DNA of 64,000 nt, taken from NCBI GenBank assembly GCA_964019335.1, contig OZ025705.1, forward strand, positions 434,001 through 498,000, given 5' to 3'. Below the pieces are notes generated by a model, which was given only the letters and a program-made list of their open reading frames with translations, did not search any database and was not told the DNA's origin. Of this stretch, positions 21,319-32,808 are shown piece by piece. Made by a program: the position numbers and the translations under genes. How positions within the stretch are numbered: position 1 is the stretch's first letter; the number at the start of each line of letters is the position of its first letter. This DNA comes from Diplonema japonicum. Its lineage: Eukaryota > Protista > Euglenozoa: Diplonemea.

Positions 21319-22389
21319 TCAGAGGTAAGATGCATCTATGAAGTCAATGCAGGCAGCCATCTCACACGGCACGTCTTTGTGGTGAGTGAGCTGACCTGCC
21401 TCGAATTTGAAGATAGCGATGAGATCAGTGTGCTGCTTTTCGAGTAGGGAAGGAGAGATCGCGTGGCACGATGCAAGGAGCCATCCTGAGCAGAAAGTGA
21501 AATGCCTAGGTGTAGTACCGCCAGATGGGGCCCTTGACACAAAGGTTAAACCGCCGGAGGTAGGGTCTCTAGAGAATACAACGATCTCGTTGGTAGTCCT
21601 AGTGGCCGCTAGGACGTAGCCACCACAAGGGGAAGATACGATTTCACTTCCGCCCCTGTGATGCCATCGTAGGGGCGTAACATCAGAGGGCAGCAGCTTA
21701 ACTTCCTCACCCTGCAAGGTCATGGTGCGCTCCTCTACCACTGTGATGCCCTGTGTCAGCTCGTTGAGTACATAAATGAAGCCCTCCTGCCTCAGGATTC
21801 TTCTAGGGCCCGCGCCTGTGTGCAGTGTGAGACTCCCCGCAGCCCCGTCCATGTTCCCGCTCGTAAGTTTGATGAAGTCCACACGGTCGGTGCCAAGGTC
21901 GCTGACGGCAAGGTTCCCGTGGATATCGTAGCACACATGGTGCGGGTGTGGAGCTTCTTGTCTATCCTTCAGAGACGGGTCAGATGGCACACTGCCTGCT
22001 GCGGGCAGAGACACCGCGCTGCATAGCTTGCCCGACTCCAATGTGAAGCATGTGACGTCCCCGCCGCAGTAGTTGGCAGAGTACAGTCGCTGCTTTGTTG
22101 TGTCGACGAGCAAGTGGCAGGGTGCGCCGCCTACCTCAACAGAGGACACTTGTTCCCCCGTCAGCTTGTACCCCTCGACCCTACCCTGCGGCACTGTCTC
22201 GTTTGTGCAGTACACCATATCGCCGCAGACTGTCACCCAGCTGGGGTTAATTCCCGTGGCCAGCTCCCGCACCTCCTCAGCATCTCCTGTAGCTGTGTCA
22301 AACCTGAACAGCTTCACACTGCGTGCCTTGCTATCCGCTGCCTCGTGCACGTAGTCGCACCTGCCCACCACCAATCCTACTGTTGCCAT
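21319..22389 (-). CDS. pgl: 6-phosphogluconolactonase, bacterial Pgl/YbhE beta-propeller lactonase family
   Basis: NPSW, GGAPCHL, ANYCGG, RQEAPHPH, DLGTD, GAGPRR, YVLNEL, GGTTPRHF motifs; ATG at 22389. Confidence 0.88.
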   Translation of the reverse strand: MATVGLVVGRCDYVHEAADSKARSVKLFRFDTATGDAEEVRELATGINPSWVTVCGDMVYCTNETVPQGRVEGYKLTGEQVSSVEVGGAPCHLLVDTTKQRLYSANYCGGDVTCFTLESGKLCSAVSLPAAGSVPSDPSLKDRQEAPHPHHVCYDIHGNLAVSDLGTDRVDFIKLTSGNMDGAAGSLTLHTGAGPRRILRQEGFIYVLNELTQGITVVEERTMTLQGEEVKLLPSDVTPLRWHHRGGSEIVSSPCGGYVLAATRTTNEIVVFSRDPTSGGLTFVSRAPSGGTTPRHFTFCSGWLLASCHAISPSLLEKQHTDLIAIFKFEAGQLTHHKDVPCEMAACIDFIDASYL

Positions 22390-22504
22390 CTTCACGTTCT
22401 GTGGCAGGTGTGTTTACTGAACAGTGCAAACAAACAAAGCTATTTATGAAAGCACAGAAAGGTTAGGTGCAAGCTTTCAGCGGGGGTTCAATATAAAAAA
22501 GACA

Positions 22505-23743
22505 TCACGCAACCCATGACCTCAGAGGGTTCCTTTCGGGGACATAGTAGTAGCTGGTGGAACAAGGGATGAGCTGCCACCAGATGGGGCAGGAGTCTGG
22601 TGTGCCGTGGAAGACTGCGTTTGAGGGCCCCCAGTGGGGGATGAGCTCACCGAGCGGGGCTCTGTTGATGTGCCAATGGCCAGAGGGAGCACCCTCGCCA
22701 TGCTTCATGAAGTCAACAGAGAAGAGAAGCACCCAATGTGAAGAAGCGTTCTTGTAGTAGATAAGATTGTGGTGCACCTCGAGGGGTGTCTCGTGAGGTG
22801 AGACACTGACGACCTTGTACCTGTAGGCCTTATCAACACATGTCTTGCTGACGTCCTCGTTGAGGGAGGTGATGGCACAGGACTCGGCAGAGACTCTGCT
22901 GAAGATGTGAGTGTAGAGAATGTCGTCAAGAGGTTGAGGCTGGAGGATGTCCTTGACGATGGGTTCGAGGGTGGAACCACAGTAGATGTGCTGGAGCGCT
23001 TTTGACCTTTTGTAGTAGGTGGCGGAGTTCTTGGTTTTGTGCTCTTCAAGGCACCGCATGATGCGGCCGGCATCATAGCGAATAAGGCTCGCCTCCCACT
23101 TTACACCGACTGTTTTTGTTACAATCAATTCCTGTCCTCCGGCTTCAAGCAGCTTGCCGTCGATGTCGCTGATGTAGCATGACTTGGCGATGGCAGCGTA
23201 GCGGGGCTGGGCGCCTGCCTTTGCACTGCGTGAGAGGGTTGTGATGAAATCGCGCACGTCCTCCACAGACCAGTCTTCCACGTGAAGGTTCAGTTCGGAG
23301 ATCCAATAACTGTCGAAATACTTCTCTTTGCATATCACTTCGACTTCTTCGTCATCGCCGTCGCCTTCTTCTTCAGGGGCGACTTCCTCTGGTTTCACTT
23401 CCTCTTTCACAATAGGAGGCTCCTCTTCTTCTTCTTCCTCTTCCGTTGGTTCTTCTTTGTCAGGGTCGTCATAGAGGTGCATGATGTCTATCAGGATGCC
23501 TTGTCGGCCATGTGTTCGCTCCCATTCCTCGGGGATCCATTTCAAGATCTTTTTCTTGTCCTTCGTTTTCAGGATGTCAGGGGACTCTCTCCTGAACTTG
23601 CACCATGCTTGCATGGTGGCTTGTTTTCGGGCGGCTTTGGTCGTCGTTGAGTCTTCGTGCTCTTCGTACCAATAATACACATTGAGGAACCATTCAAAGA
23701 TGGTTTTGGGGTCAGGGTGTAAGGGGGTCGGTGCAGAATGCAT
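22505..23743 (-). CDS. Hypothetical protein (412 aa) with acidic region and SAM-like domain
   Basis: DWSVEDVRDFI....SDIDGKLL resembles the SAM consensus; long ATG-started ORF with coding composition. Confidence 0.65.
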   Translation of the reverse strand: MHSAPTPLHPDPKTIFEWFLNVYYWYEEHEDSTTTKAARKQATMQAWCKFRRESPDILKTKDKKKILKWIPEEWERTHGRQGILIDIMHLYDDPDKEEPTEEEEEEEEPPIVKEEVKPEEVAPEEEGDGDDEEVEVICKEKYFDSYWISELNLHVEDWSVEDVRDFITTLSRSAKAGAQPRYAAIAKSCYISDIDGKLLEAGGQELIVTKTVGVKWEASLIRYDAGRIMRCLEEHKTKNSATYYKRSKALQHIYCGSTLEPIVKDILQPQPLDDILYTHIFSRVSAESCAITSLNEDVSKTCVDKAYRYKVVSVSPHETPLEVHHNLIYYKNASSHWVLLFSVDFMKHGEGAPSGHWHINRAPLGELIPHWGPSNAVFHGTPDSCPIWWQLIPCSTSYYYVPERNPLRSWVA

Positions 23744-24545
23744 CTCTGCTAGGAACTCAAATAATTTCAGAAAATTTGGGGGGGGGGGGAATAAGAAGGG
23801 GGGTGAAAAAAAAAGCTTGGATAGGCTGGCAGAGGGGGAAAAAAAAGAATTGGGAGAGAGAGGGGGGGAAAGAAAAGAGAAAAAAAAAAAGGGAACAAAA
23901 CCGAGTTAAATATTATGCTGCATCTTTCTTTTTTTTTTTTTGTTTTTTTGTTTGTTCTCATTCTCCCTTTAGTTTGGGTACCGGAGCTTCCTCTTTTTTG
24001 TCCCCCCCTTGAGCAATGAAATGCTACAAAAAATATCAAAAAAAATTGTTACACAAAAGAGAAAAAAAAAAGGAGAGAGAAGCTTTTATCCCGTCCCTTC
24101 TTTTTTCCCCCGATATTATGCCTGTACGCAAATATAGATAAAGAGGCGGGGGGAACCATAGGTTTTCTCTTTTTTCTTCTTCTTTTTTTTTTTTTTTTTG
24201 CCCGTAAGTCACACCATGGCTGGCGGCCGTCCGAAAGTAGGTTAGTTTTTCTTCTTTTTTTTTCGATTTTGGAGAAAAAGCCGGCAGAGGTATGGGAAAG
24301 CAGGAGAGGGCCTTTTTTTTTTTTTTTAAATGCAACTGGTTGTGGGAAACTTTTTTTTTCCTTGTAAAAAATGGGGAGAGGGGAACGGGGAGAAGTGAAC
24401 TTGGGAGAGAGAAAGAGAGGAGTAAAAAGATTTTTTTTTTCGAAAAAGATTTTTTAAAAAAAAGGGGGGGGGATAGGGGAGAAACAGAAACCAAACACTT
24501 TTCCCCCCCTCCCAAACTTCCAACTGTGTAACTTCCCCATTATTT

Positions 24546-26134
<1,589 letters not shown>

Positions 26135-26304
26135 TGTAACCCTGTTTCTTTTTCTTTCCCCCTTTTTTTTTTTTTTCCCCCTTTTTTTTTTTTTTTTTTT
26201 CCCCTTTTTTTTTGTGTGTTTCCTGTTGTGAGTATTCTTTGGCAAAGTAAGGATCAAAGAATTAAACCAAATTTGTACCGACGACCTAGAAAGGCGACAG
26301 GGTG

Positions 26305-29043
26305 TTAGAACTTTGCATCGTCAACAGTGTTGACCTCTTCCACCATCGCCCCGCTTCTGTTCTCCAAGAGCGTGTCTATCTTCTTGTGCAGCATCGCTAA
26401 GGTTGCAGTCTCTCTCATCTCTTCAATTTCTGTGACGTTGGTATCTTTTGGGTAGTTCTGCTCCACAATATAGACAACGAAGGCAAGGCCCACAGCAATG
26501 GCGTACCCCACAAAGGCACCACCCATGTCCGCGGCTGTGATTTTCTGCGTGGAGCTTGCAACAGGCCCTGTCACAGGGCACACACCGCTTGTGAAGTATC
26601 TGTGGTACAGCCCTTTTATATCCGTCTTCGCGATGTCCTGCCCGGATGTTATCTTCACAAGCCTCCTCGACAGTTCTGCCGCGTACCCCCACTGTCTACG
26701 CACAGCCAGCGCATAAGAGACTTGTCCTGTTTTACTGCCAAAGGTTCGCAGCGGGCACCCTCTCGTTGTGCCCCACTCGTTGACTAAGTATTCTGCAATA
26801 GGCGACTCTTCCACAAGCATTTTCAGTTCACTGTTCATTACTTTCTCAGACAGCTGCTCCGTCACTATTGACTCAAAGTAAGTCCCGCCGTTTGTCTGCG
26901 CGCTCAGCACATCCATTGCCACACTGCCTGTTTCGACGCCCACCTGGTTCGGGAGGATCGTCACACCGATATCAGTTATCTCTGGCCCGTTGCTCCCCGT
27001 CGACGCCACCAAGAAGGCCGCCAGGTTGGCCGTGTAAGCAGCTATCACAAGCATCGTCACAAAGAACAACGCCCACGATGAGATCTTCCCCGCGTACGTC
27101 TTGGGGGTCATGTCCTGGCAAGCGAGAGAGGCTGTGAAACTGAACCAGAGCGACGCAGCAAGGCCTTCCGGAACAGGTACCTCGGCAAGGTCTTCGTGGT
27201 CTTTCCTTTCAAAGACGTAGAATAGGAAACCTGCAAACACCACCCAGCCAAACCACAACAGCCACATGTCAGAGGCAAAGGGACCAACGAAGTGCCACAG
27301 GTCATATGTCTGAGTGGCATCCGATACACGCCCCACAGCAACTATACCGTCTGTCCAGTAGGGATGTGTGTACTCGACGTTGTTGAAGATCAGCGTCTCA
27401 AGTTCTTTGCTTTCCGAGAACCCTGTTATGGCAGGGTGTAGTGCAATGTGGCCTACCACCATGTCGGCCTCGCCCCTTGCGATCATTGATATAAGCTCGA
27501 AATCCGTGTAGTTTCCCAGCGTGATGTTCGCGGCAAACCCAAGCTGGTCCTGCAGCAGCTTGAATATATCGCACGCAAAACCTTCGGTCGTGTTGCTCTC
27601 CTGCGGGTTGGCCAAGTGGCAGAACGGCCAAAGCGACAGCGAGATGACCACCTGGGCTGTGATAGCCGACAGCGGTGGCCTGTCATTTGGGATTGCGATG
27701 TTGGACCGGTTCCATGTCAAGCTGTCCAGCCGGAACACCCCTTTTGCGGCGTTCCAGTCATGACCCTCGCCAGACACCTCCCCCGATGGCACCGCAGATA
27801 GCTCAGTGGAGTTCCATACTAGCTGGCTGCCTTTCACTTTCCATCCGGATAATCTGTGATCATCGAATTCTATCTCATTTGTGAGCCCAACGTGTTTTAT
27901 CTCGCGCAGCACGTTCCTAAGGAGGGGGCCGTGCTGCCATTTGTGGTGCGATCCTGTAAAGGGCGCAACCGTGCCAAGTTGGTGCCCTCCATCGGAGATC
28001 TGGTCGGCAACCTGCAGAATGGCCTTCCCAGCCAGCATTGCAATATCATACACGGCAACCGTCGATTTGAAAGGTTCAACCATCCCAGCAGGAGGGAACG
28101 CCCTTGCCATCGGAGAGCTCCACTTAGCCAGGAAGTCTTTGCTAATGATGTCATTGTCGAAGATACCGTCCGTCAGCACGTTTTGAAAGACAGGCCCTAA
28201 TTCGTCGGGTTCCACCTCCGAGAGTCCTTGCATCATCCAGATGTAGTCCAGGCTCAAGAGCCCCATCGAATGGGCCTCACCTAGGATACTCGTGGCGTGC
28301 TGCTTGTCAGCAACAAGGAAGAACACCGTAGCACCATTGCTTTTGAACCGCTGAAGGGCAGCCTTAATGTTGTCGGGTTTGTTTTGCTGGATAGCAAACG
28401 AGCCCAGCAGCGTGACTCCGTTCTCGAGGCAACGCGAGAGGAAGTGCTGCACGCCGTTGACACCGTCTGCATCCTTCGTGTAGATCACGGCGACGCGCTT
28501 GATCTCAAGCCGCTTCATCAGCTGCTGGAAGAACTCGCTGTGGTGGTCGTCACCCTTGATAGGCTGGAAGAAGTATTCGCTGCCCACAGTGATGAATGGA
28601 TCGGTGGCGGCGGGTGTGATCATGGGCACCTGGAAGTAGTCACCGTGCACGCGGAGGTCCAGTGCCACTGCCGAGAAATACGGACCTATCACCAATGCTT
28701 GCGGCCGTGCCTGCAAAGCATCCACAAGCGATGCATACATGTAATAGTCGTTGCCCACCCAGTTCTTGTTGAATGAATCAGGGCCGTACTGCTTTCCAGA
28801 ACCAGTTGATCCCTCATTAGCTTCGGGGTACTTTTGGTTTACAATGATGGATGTCAGCACCAGCTTGTGCTTCCCGCCCTGCGTCAGCACCGTGTCGCGG
28901 TTGAGTTCTTCTACCGCGAGATTTGCGGCTGCAACAGCAGTGCTCCCATGAGGAGTGTCACTATATTCCAAGACTACAGCAATGCCAAAGTCTGTTGCGC
29001 AGCAAGGCACCACTATCGAAAGCAGTGCACAGAGATGTTTCAT
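26305..29043 (-). CDS. Ionotropic glutamate receptor-like ligand-gated channel, 912 aa
   Basis: Signal peptide, periplasmic-binding ATD (VIGPYFS), S1 (EGFACDI, GEADMVVG), M1 (PFASDMW), pore loop LWFSF, M3 AYTANLAAFL, S2, M4 (MGGAF). Confidence 0.93.
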   Translation of the reverse strand: MKHLCALLSIVVPCCATDFGIAVVLEYSDTPHGSTAVAAANLAVEELNRDTVLTQGGKHKLVLTSIIVNQKYPEANEGSTGSGKQYGPDSFNKNWVGNDYYMYASLVDALQARPQALVIGPYFSAVALDLRVHGDYFQVPMITPAATDPFITVGSEYFFQPIKGDDHHSEFFQQLMKRLEIKRVAVIYTKDADGVNGVQHFLSRCLENGVTLLGSFAIQQNKPDNIKAALQRFKSNGATVFFLVADKQHATSILGEAHSMGLLSLDYIWMMQGLSEVEPDELGPVFQNVLTDGIFDNDIISKDFLAKWSSPMARAFPPAGMVEPFKSTVAVYDIAMLAGKAILQVADQISDGGHQLGTVAPFTGSHHKWQHGPLLRNVLREIKHVGLTNEIEFDDHRLSGWKVKGSQLVWNSTELSAVPSGEVSGEGHDWNAAKGVFRLDSLTWNRSNIAIPNDRPPLSAITAQVVISLSLWPFCHLANPQESNTTEGFACDIFKLLQDQLGFAANITLGNYTDFELISMIARGEADMVVGHIALHPAITGFSESKELETLIFNNVEYTHPYWTDGIVAVGRVSDATQTYDLWHFVGPFASDMWLLWFGWVVFAGFLFYVFERKDHEDLAEVPVPEGLAASLWFSFTASLACQDMTPKTYAGKISSWALFFVTMLVIAAYTANLAAFLVASTGSNGPEITDIGVTILPNQVGVETGSVAMDVLSAQTNGGTYFESIVTEQLSEKVMNSELKMLVEESPIAEYLVNEWGTTRGCPLRTFGSKTGQVSYALAVRRQWGYAAELSRRLVKITSGQDIAKTDIKGLYHRYFTSGVCPVTGPVASSTQKITAADMGGAFVGYAIAVGLAFVVYIVEQNYPKDTNVTEIEEMRETATLAMLHKKIDTLLENRSGAMVEEVNTVDDAKF

Positions 29044-29119
29044 TAAGTGTAATCTGACATAGTTGATTGTGGGCTTTCAGGGAAGCTTGTGTTTAATACA
29101 AAACTACTGTATGTCACAT

Positions 29120-32100
29120 CTATTGTCTGCTAGGGGTGGAGTACTGAGGGGATTTTAGGATCTCGTTCAGCACTAGCGGCGGCGAGGGCAGTCTCCTGGC
29201 AGCTTGCTCTTCAGCCTCCATTGTGGCATATTGGTGCTGACCATTTTTGTATGCTGCTGAGTCCTGCAGCACCCGAGTCCTTTGTGTTCTAGATTGCTCT
29301 ACAGCTTCATTGAAGCTTTCCTGCGTCACAGCAAAGTCACGCTGCCTTCGCAGTTGGTAGCTTTCCGTCTCCCGTGCTTTCAGTTCACGTGCTTCGAACG
29401 CTTCTGCCTGTAAGGCTGCCGCAATGGCTTTCTTCCCAATGTTTTCTTGTGCTTTCCGGATTTTTTTATGTCGTTCAACTTCTTGTCTCTGCACCCGAAG
29501 CCTGTGGGCTTCGATAAGAGCGTGCTCCGTGACCTCATCTTCCATCTGCTGCTGCATGAGGAACTTCTCCATCCTGTAGCGTGATTACCTTTTTTCCTTT
29601 GTTTTCATACTTCCTCTCTTCCACGGCCTTCACCTGCGCTTGTCGTCGCGCTTCATTCGCCTTCCATTGTGCCTCGCGCTGTGGTGTTGCTTTTTATTGC
29701 CGGTTGTCTAATCAATACCTCATCAGCGGCATTCCTCCGATTTGCGGACTGCGCGAAGTCGTCTTCCATAAGGACACGCTGCGTGTCCAGGGCCAGCATC
29801 ACCATGTGCTGGCGGAAGATACGAGAGTCCACGTCGTACTCTGTCTGTGCCCTTGCACGCTCGGTCAGCTGTCGGAGGAGCTTTGTCCTGCATAGCCAAC
29901 CCCGAAGTGTCCTTTGTATTTGAGTAGCAGCGTCGTCCAGAAGCCTCTGTGCTTCTTCTTCGCGTTCTATCTTCTCTTGCTCCTCACGTTCCTCCCTCTC
30001 AGATACCATCTCCTCGATCACCGCAAACATGTTCTCAAAGTCCTCCATCAACTTGGTCCACTCTCTGTGCTCCTGCTCTACAATGTTGTTCCCCGCCGTG
30101 TCAGCGTCGCGCCCTATATTAGCAAGCCCGTCTGCAATGGCAGCCAGCGCTTCCCTCTCCTCGGCTTCCCGTGCTTCCCTCTCAGCCCTCTCAGATTCAT
30201 ATTTTGCTCGCACCTCGCGGCGAACCTCCTCCCGCATCTGGTCGACGGCAGCTTTGTTCGCGTCGTAGACGACTTGCTGTGATGATGCGTGAAATGATGT
30301 GAACGCCAGTATACCTTCAATCCTATGATGGCGAGATACGCTCTGCAGTGAGCAAGGAACACCACGTTGTGCAGCTCCAGTTTGATCTTCTTGAGCTTCT
30401 CGAGCTCAACGTACGAATCCGACTTCAGGAAGACACGTGCCTTGCCGATCTGTGAACAGTGACATGAAAAAAGGCTTGCATACCTGTGCCGTCTTCGGGT
30501 CCAAACCTGAATTATTGATGATGGCTTGGCACCGATCCTTCGCCTCAGTGCCCGTGGTGCCTATGATGCTGTACGCTTCGACGAAATGCTCGAACTGGAT
30601 GCGGACAGGGAAACCTGCCTTTCGTATCTTTACAGTGCCAAGGACACCCGAAGAGGCCAGCTGCTGCATGGTCTTAACGCCATGGAAGCTAAGAGGCTTC
30701 TTGGCAGGGTGGGGCTTGACACACCTAATCCAATGAGGGTTCGTGCTGTTGATGAGATCCATCAAGTCAGCCACTTGGCTTTTGAAAAACCCACCGACAG
30801 TCATTTTTTTGGACTGTGCGGGGGGGAGGAGGGTGCAGATCAGAGCGTCAGAAGAAGCGCGCATCAAGTTCACAAAAGCAATCTTGAGAGTGTCCCTGTT
30901 CTTGTCAAGGAAGTTGGCGATTTCATAGGACACAGACCCTGCGTAGTGGTGGATGATGAAGGACGCTTTTGCGAGCGTTTTCTTCGTGAAGAACTCTTTG
31001 TAGGCATCGCCAGAGCACGCGTCCACTGTCTTGGAGAGGAACGACTCGTCCGAGCCAGTGCCTAGAGCACACTCTTCATCGAGCATGGCGAATATGCCAC
31101 CCTTGCCGGTGATCATGCGCAGGCAGGGGCCGTTGTCAGGGAATTCGACAGCAGTGACATCAATACCCTCAGTACGGCACTCATCCATGTCCTTCTCGAA
31201 GATGTATTTGTTGTAGTGGTTCTGAAGGGACTCGTTCGCAAGGTTGATGCACAGCTGCTCGAAGGAGTTGATCTCGAAGTCCTCAAAGCCGAAGATGTCA
31301 AGGAGACCAATCCACCTTCCGTCGCCTTCCACGTTGAGGGTATTGTTACATGTTTCGATGATCCACGAGAACTGGTGGTCGTAAAGGGTCTTCGTCAGTG
31401 CCGACCGCCCATCCCTCGCCTTCATGGGGTTAAGCAGTGTTTCCACAGGCCCGTCACGAGTGTCAAGCGTTGTGGTGATTAGCTCTTTTGTAAACACGGC
31501 TCCGTCTATGCTCCACGCCTTCACCGTCTTGTCTACCCACTGCTGGCTGTTCTTCCCGATCTGCGACCCCTCACCACTAGCTTCGAAGTCAGCGTTTTCC
31601 AAGTTAAGAACACCCGCTACCACCTTCCAGATAGACTCGATAGTCTCTACCGACACGCCTAGTGTTTGCAAGTTCGTGTTGATCTCGACAAATTCTTCCG
31701 CAGTGTCGAACTCTTTGTTCGCAGACTGTTTCCCCGCTGATGTGCTTCTGTAGTCCGTGTCGCTGAGGATGTCCCACTTGGCCTTGTCCGATGCGCGGCA
31801 TAGACAGTAGAAGGAGTGGTACACACGCTCTCCTGGTGATGCTGTTACGATCCTGCTCTTCTCCAGCAAGTACTTCGTGATGTGCGCACCGACAAGAAAC
31901 CCCGAATCGTCAAACTGGACTTTCATCCACTTCCCGAAACGACTGGAGTTGTCGTTTCGCGCTGTCCTGGCGTTTCCGAAGGCCTCCAGCGGCGCCGACG
32001 TAATGTTGATGTTGCTGCCTACCGCGACCGCCGCTTGCTTCTGCGCGTCGGAACCGCTCTTGCATGACAATGCTGCTAAATATTTCATGACGATTTTACT

Positions 32101-32670
32101 GGCCTCGGTTTTACCGGCGCCACTTTCACCAGACACCAGGATGCACTGGTTCACAGGGTCATGCGTTGCGTTGCGCATCTCCCAAAAAGTATTGTGCGCG
32201 GTGGCCCAGGAGTGAGGGATATTTTCCTCGATCCTGTCTCCCTCGGCGAGGTACTTTCCCATGTTGTCGTCGGTGTACCAAGGGATCTTGAAGTTGAAGG
32301 GGTTCAGCGCAACAGTAATGGCACCGATGTTGGTGTAGATGTAGTCGGAGAAGTATCTCTTTCTCAGGACATTGAGGAGGGTCGAGTCGTGCAGCACTGT
32401 GAGGCTCAGCAGATCCAGCACGTTCTCATCGAGTACTTCTTGGTTGCAGCAAAAGACGTCCTCCGCGGAAAGCTTAGCTAGCTGTTCACCTGTCTCCCAT
32501 GTGAACAGTGGATTGGTGTTTTCGTGAGCCTTGCAAACAGCGGTCTTCCCATCCCACGATATTACCTTACCATAGCTCCATGCATGCTCTTCGTGGTTGA
32601 ACAAGCACAGCGAACCCACCTCAGGGTCGAGTACCGCTTCTTTTTTCTTCTCATTTTTCTTCGGTGGCAT
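29120..32670 (-). CDS. Myosin heavy chain (~1133 aa) with IQ motif(s) and coiled-coil tail, 5 exons
   Basis: P-loop GESGAGKT, LEAFGNART.RNDNSSRFGK, LDIFGFE, FEQLCIN.ANE, WIRCVKP, IQRTLRGW. Introns 30450-30483, 30277-30314, 29679-29718, 29574-29610 join four listed ORFs into one frame (..KTAQ|IGKARVFLK..). Confidence 0.93.
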
Positions 32671-32808
32671 ATTATCACCCACCACCCCCCCCCCCCCCCC
32701 CCGACCTGCAGTGGTTCAGTTTTGCAACAACAAAATCGTAACTAAGAGGGTAATAGACATGGTGTCAAGGGTAACAATAAGCAATGTTGGTGGTGAGCAC
32801 CGAAAGAA

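Noticed and set aside
29120-30365. Separate small coiled-coil genes (150, 194 and 83 aa)
   Set aside because: They are exons of the myosin tail joined by GT-AG introns.
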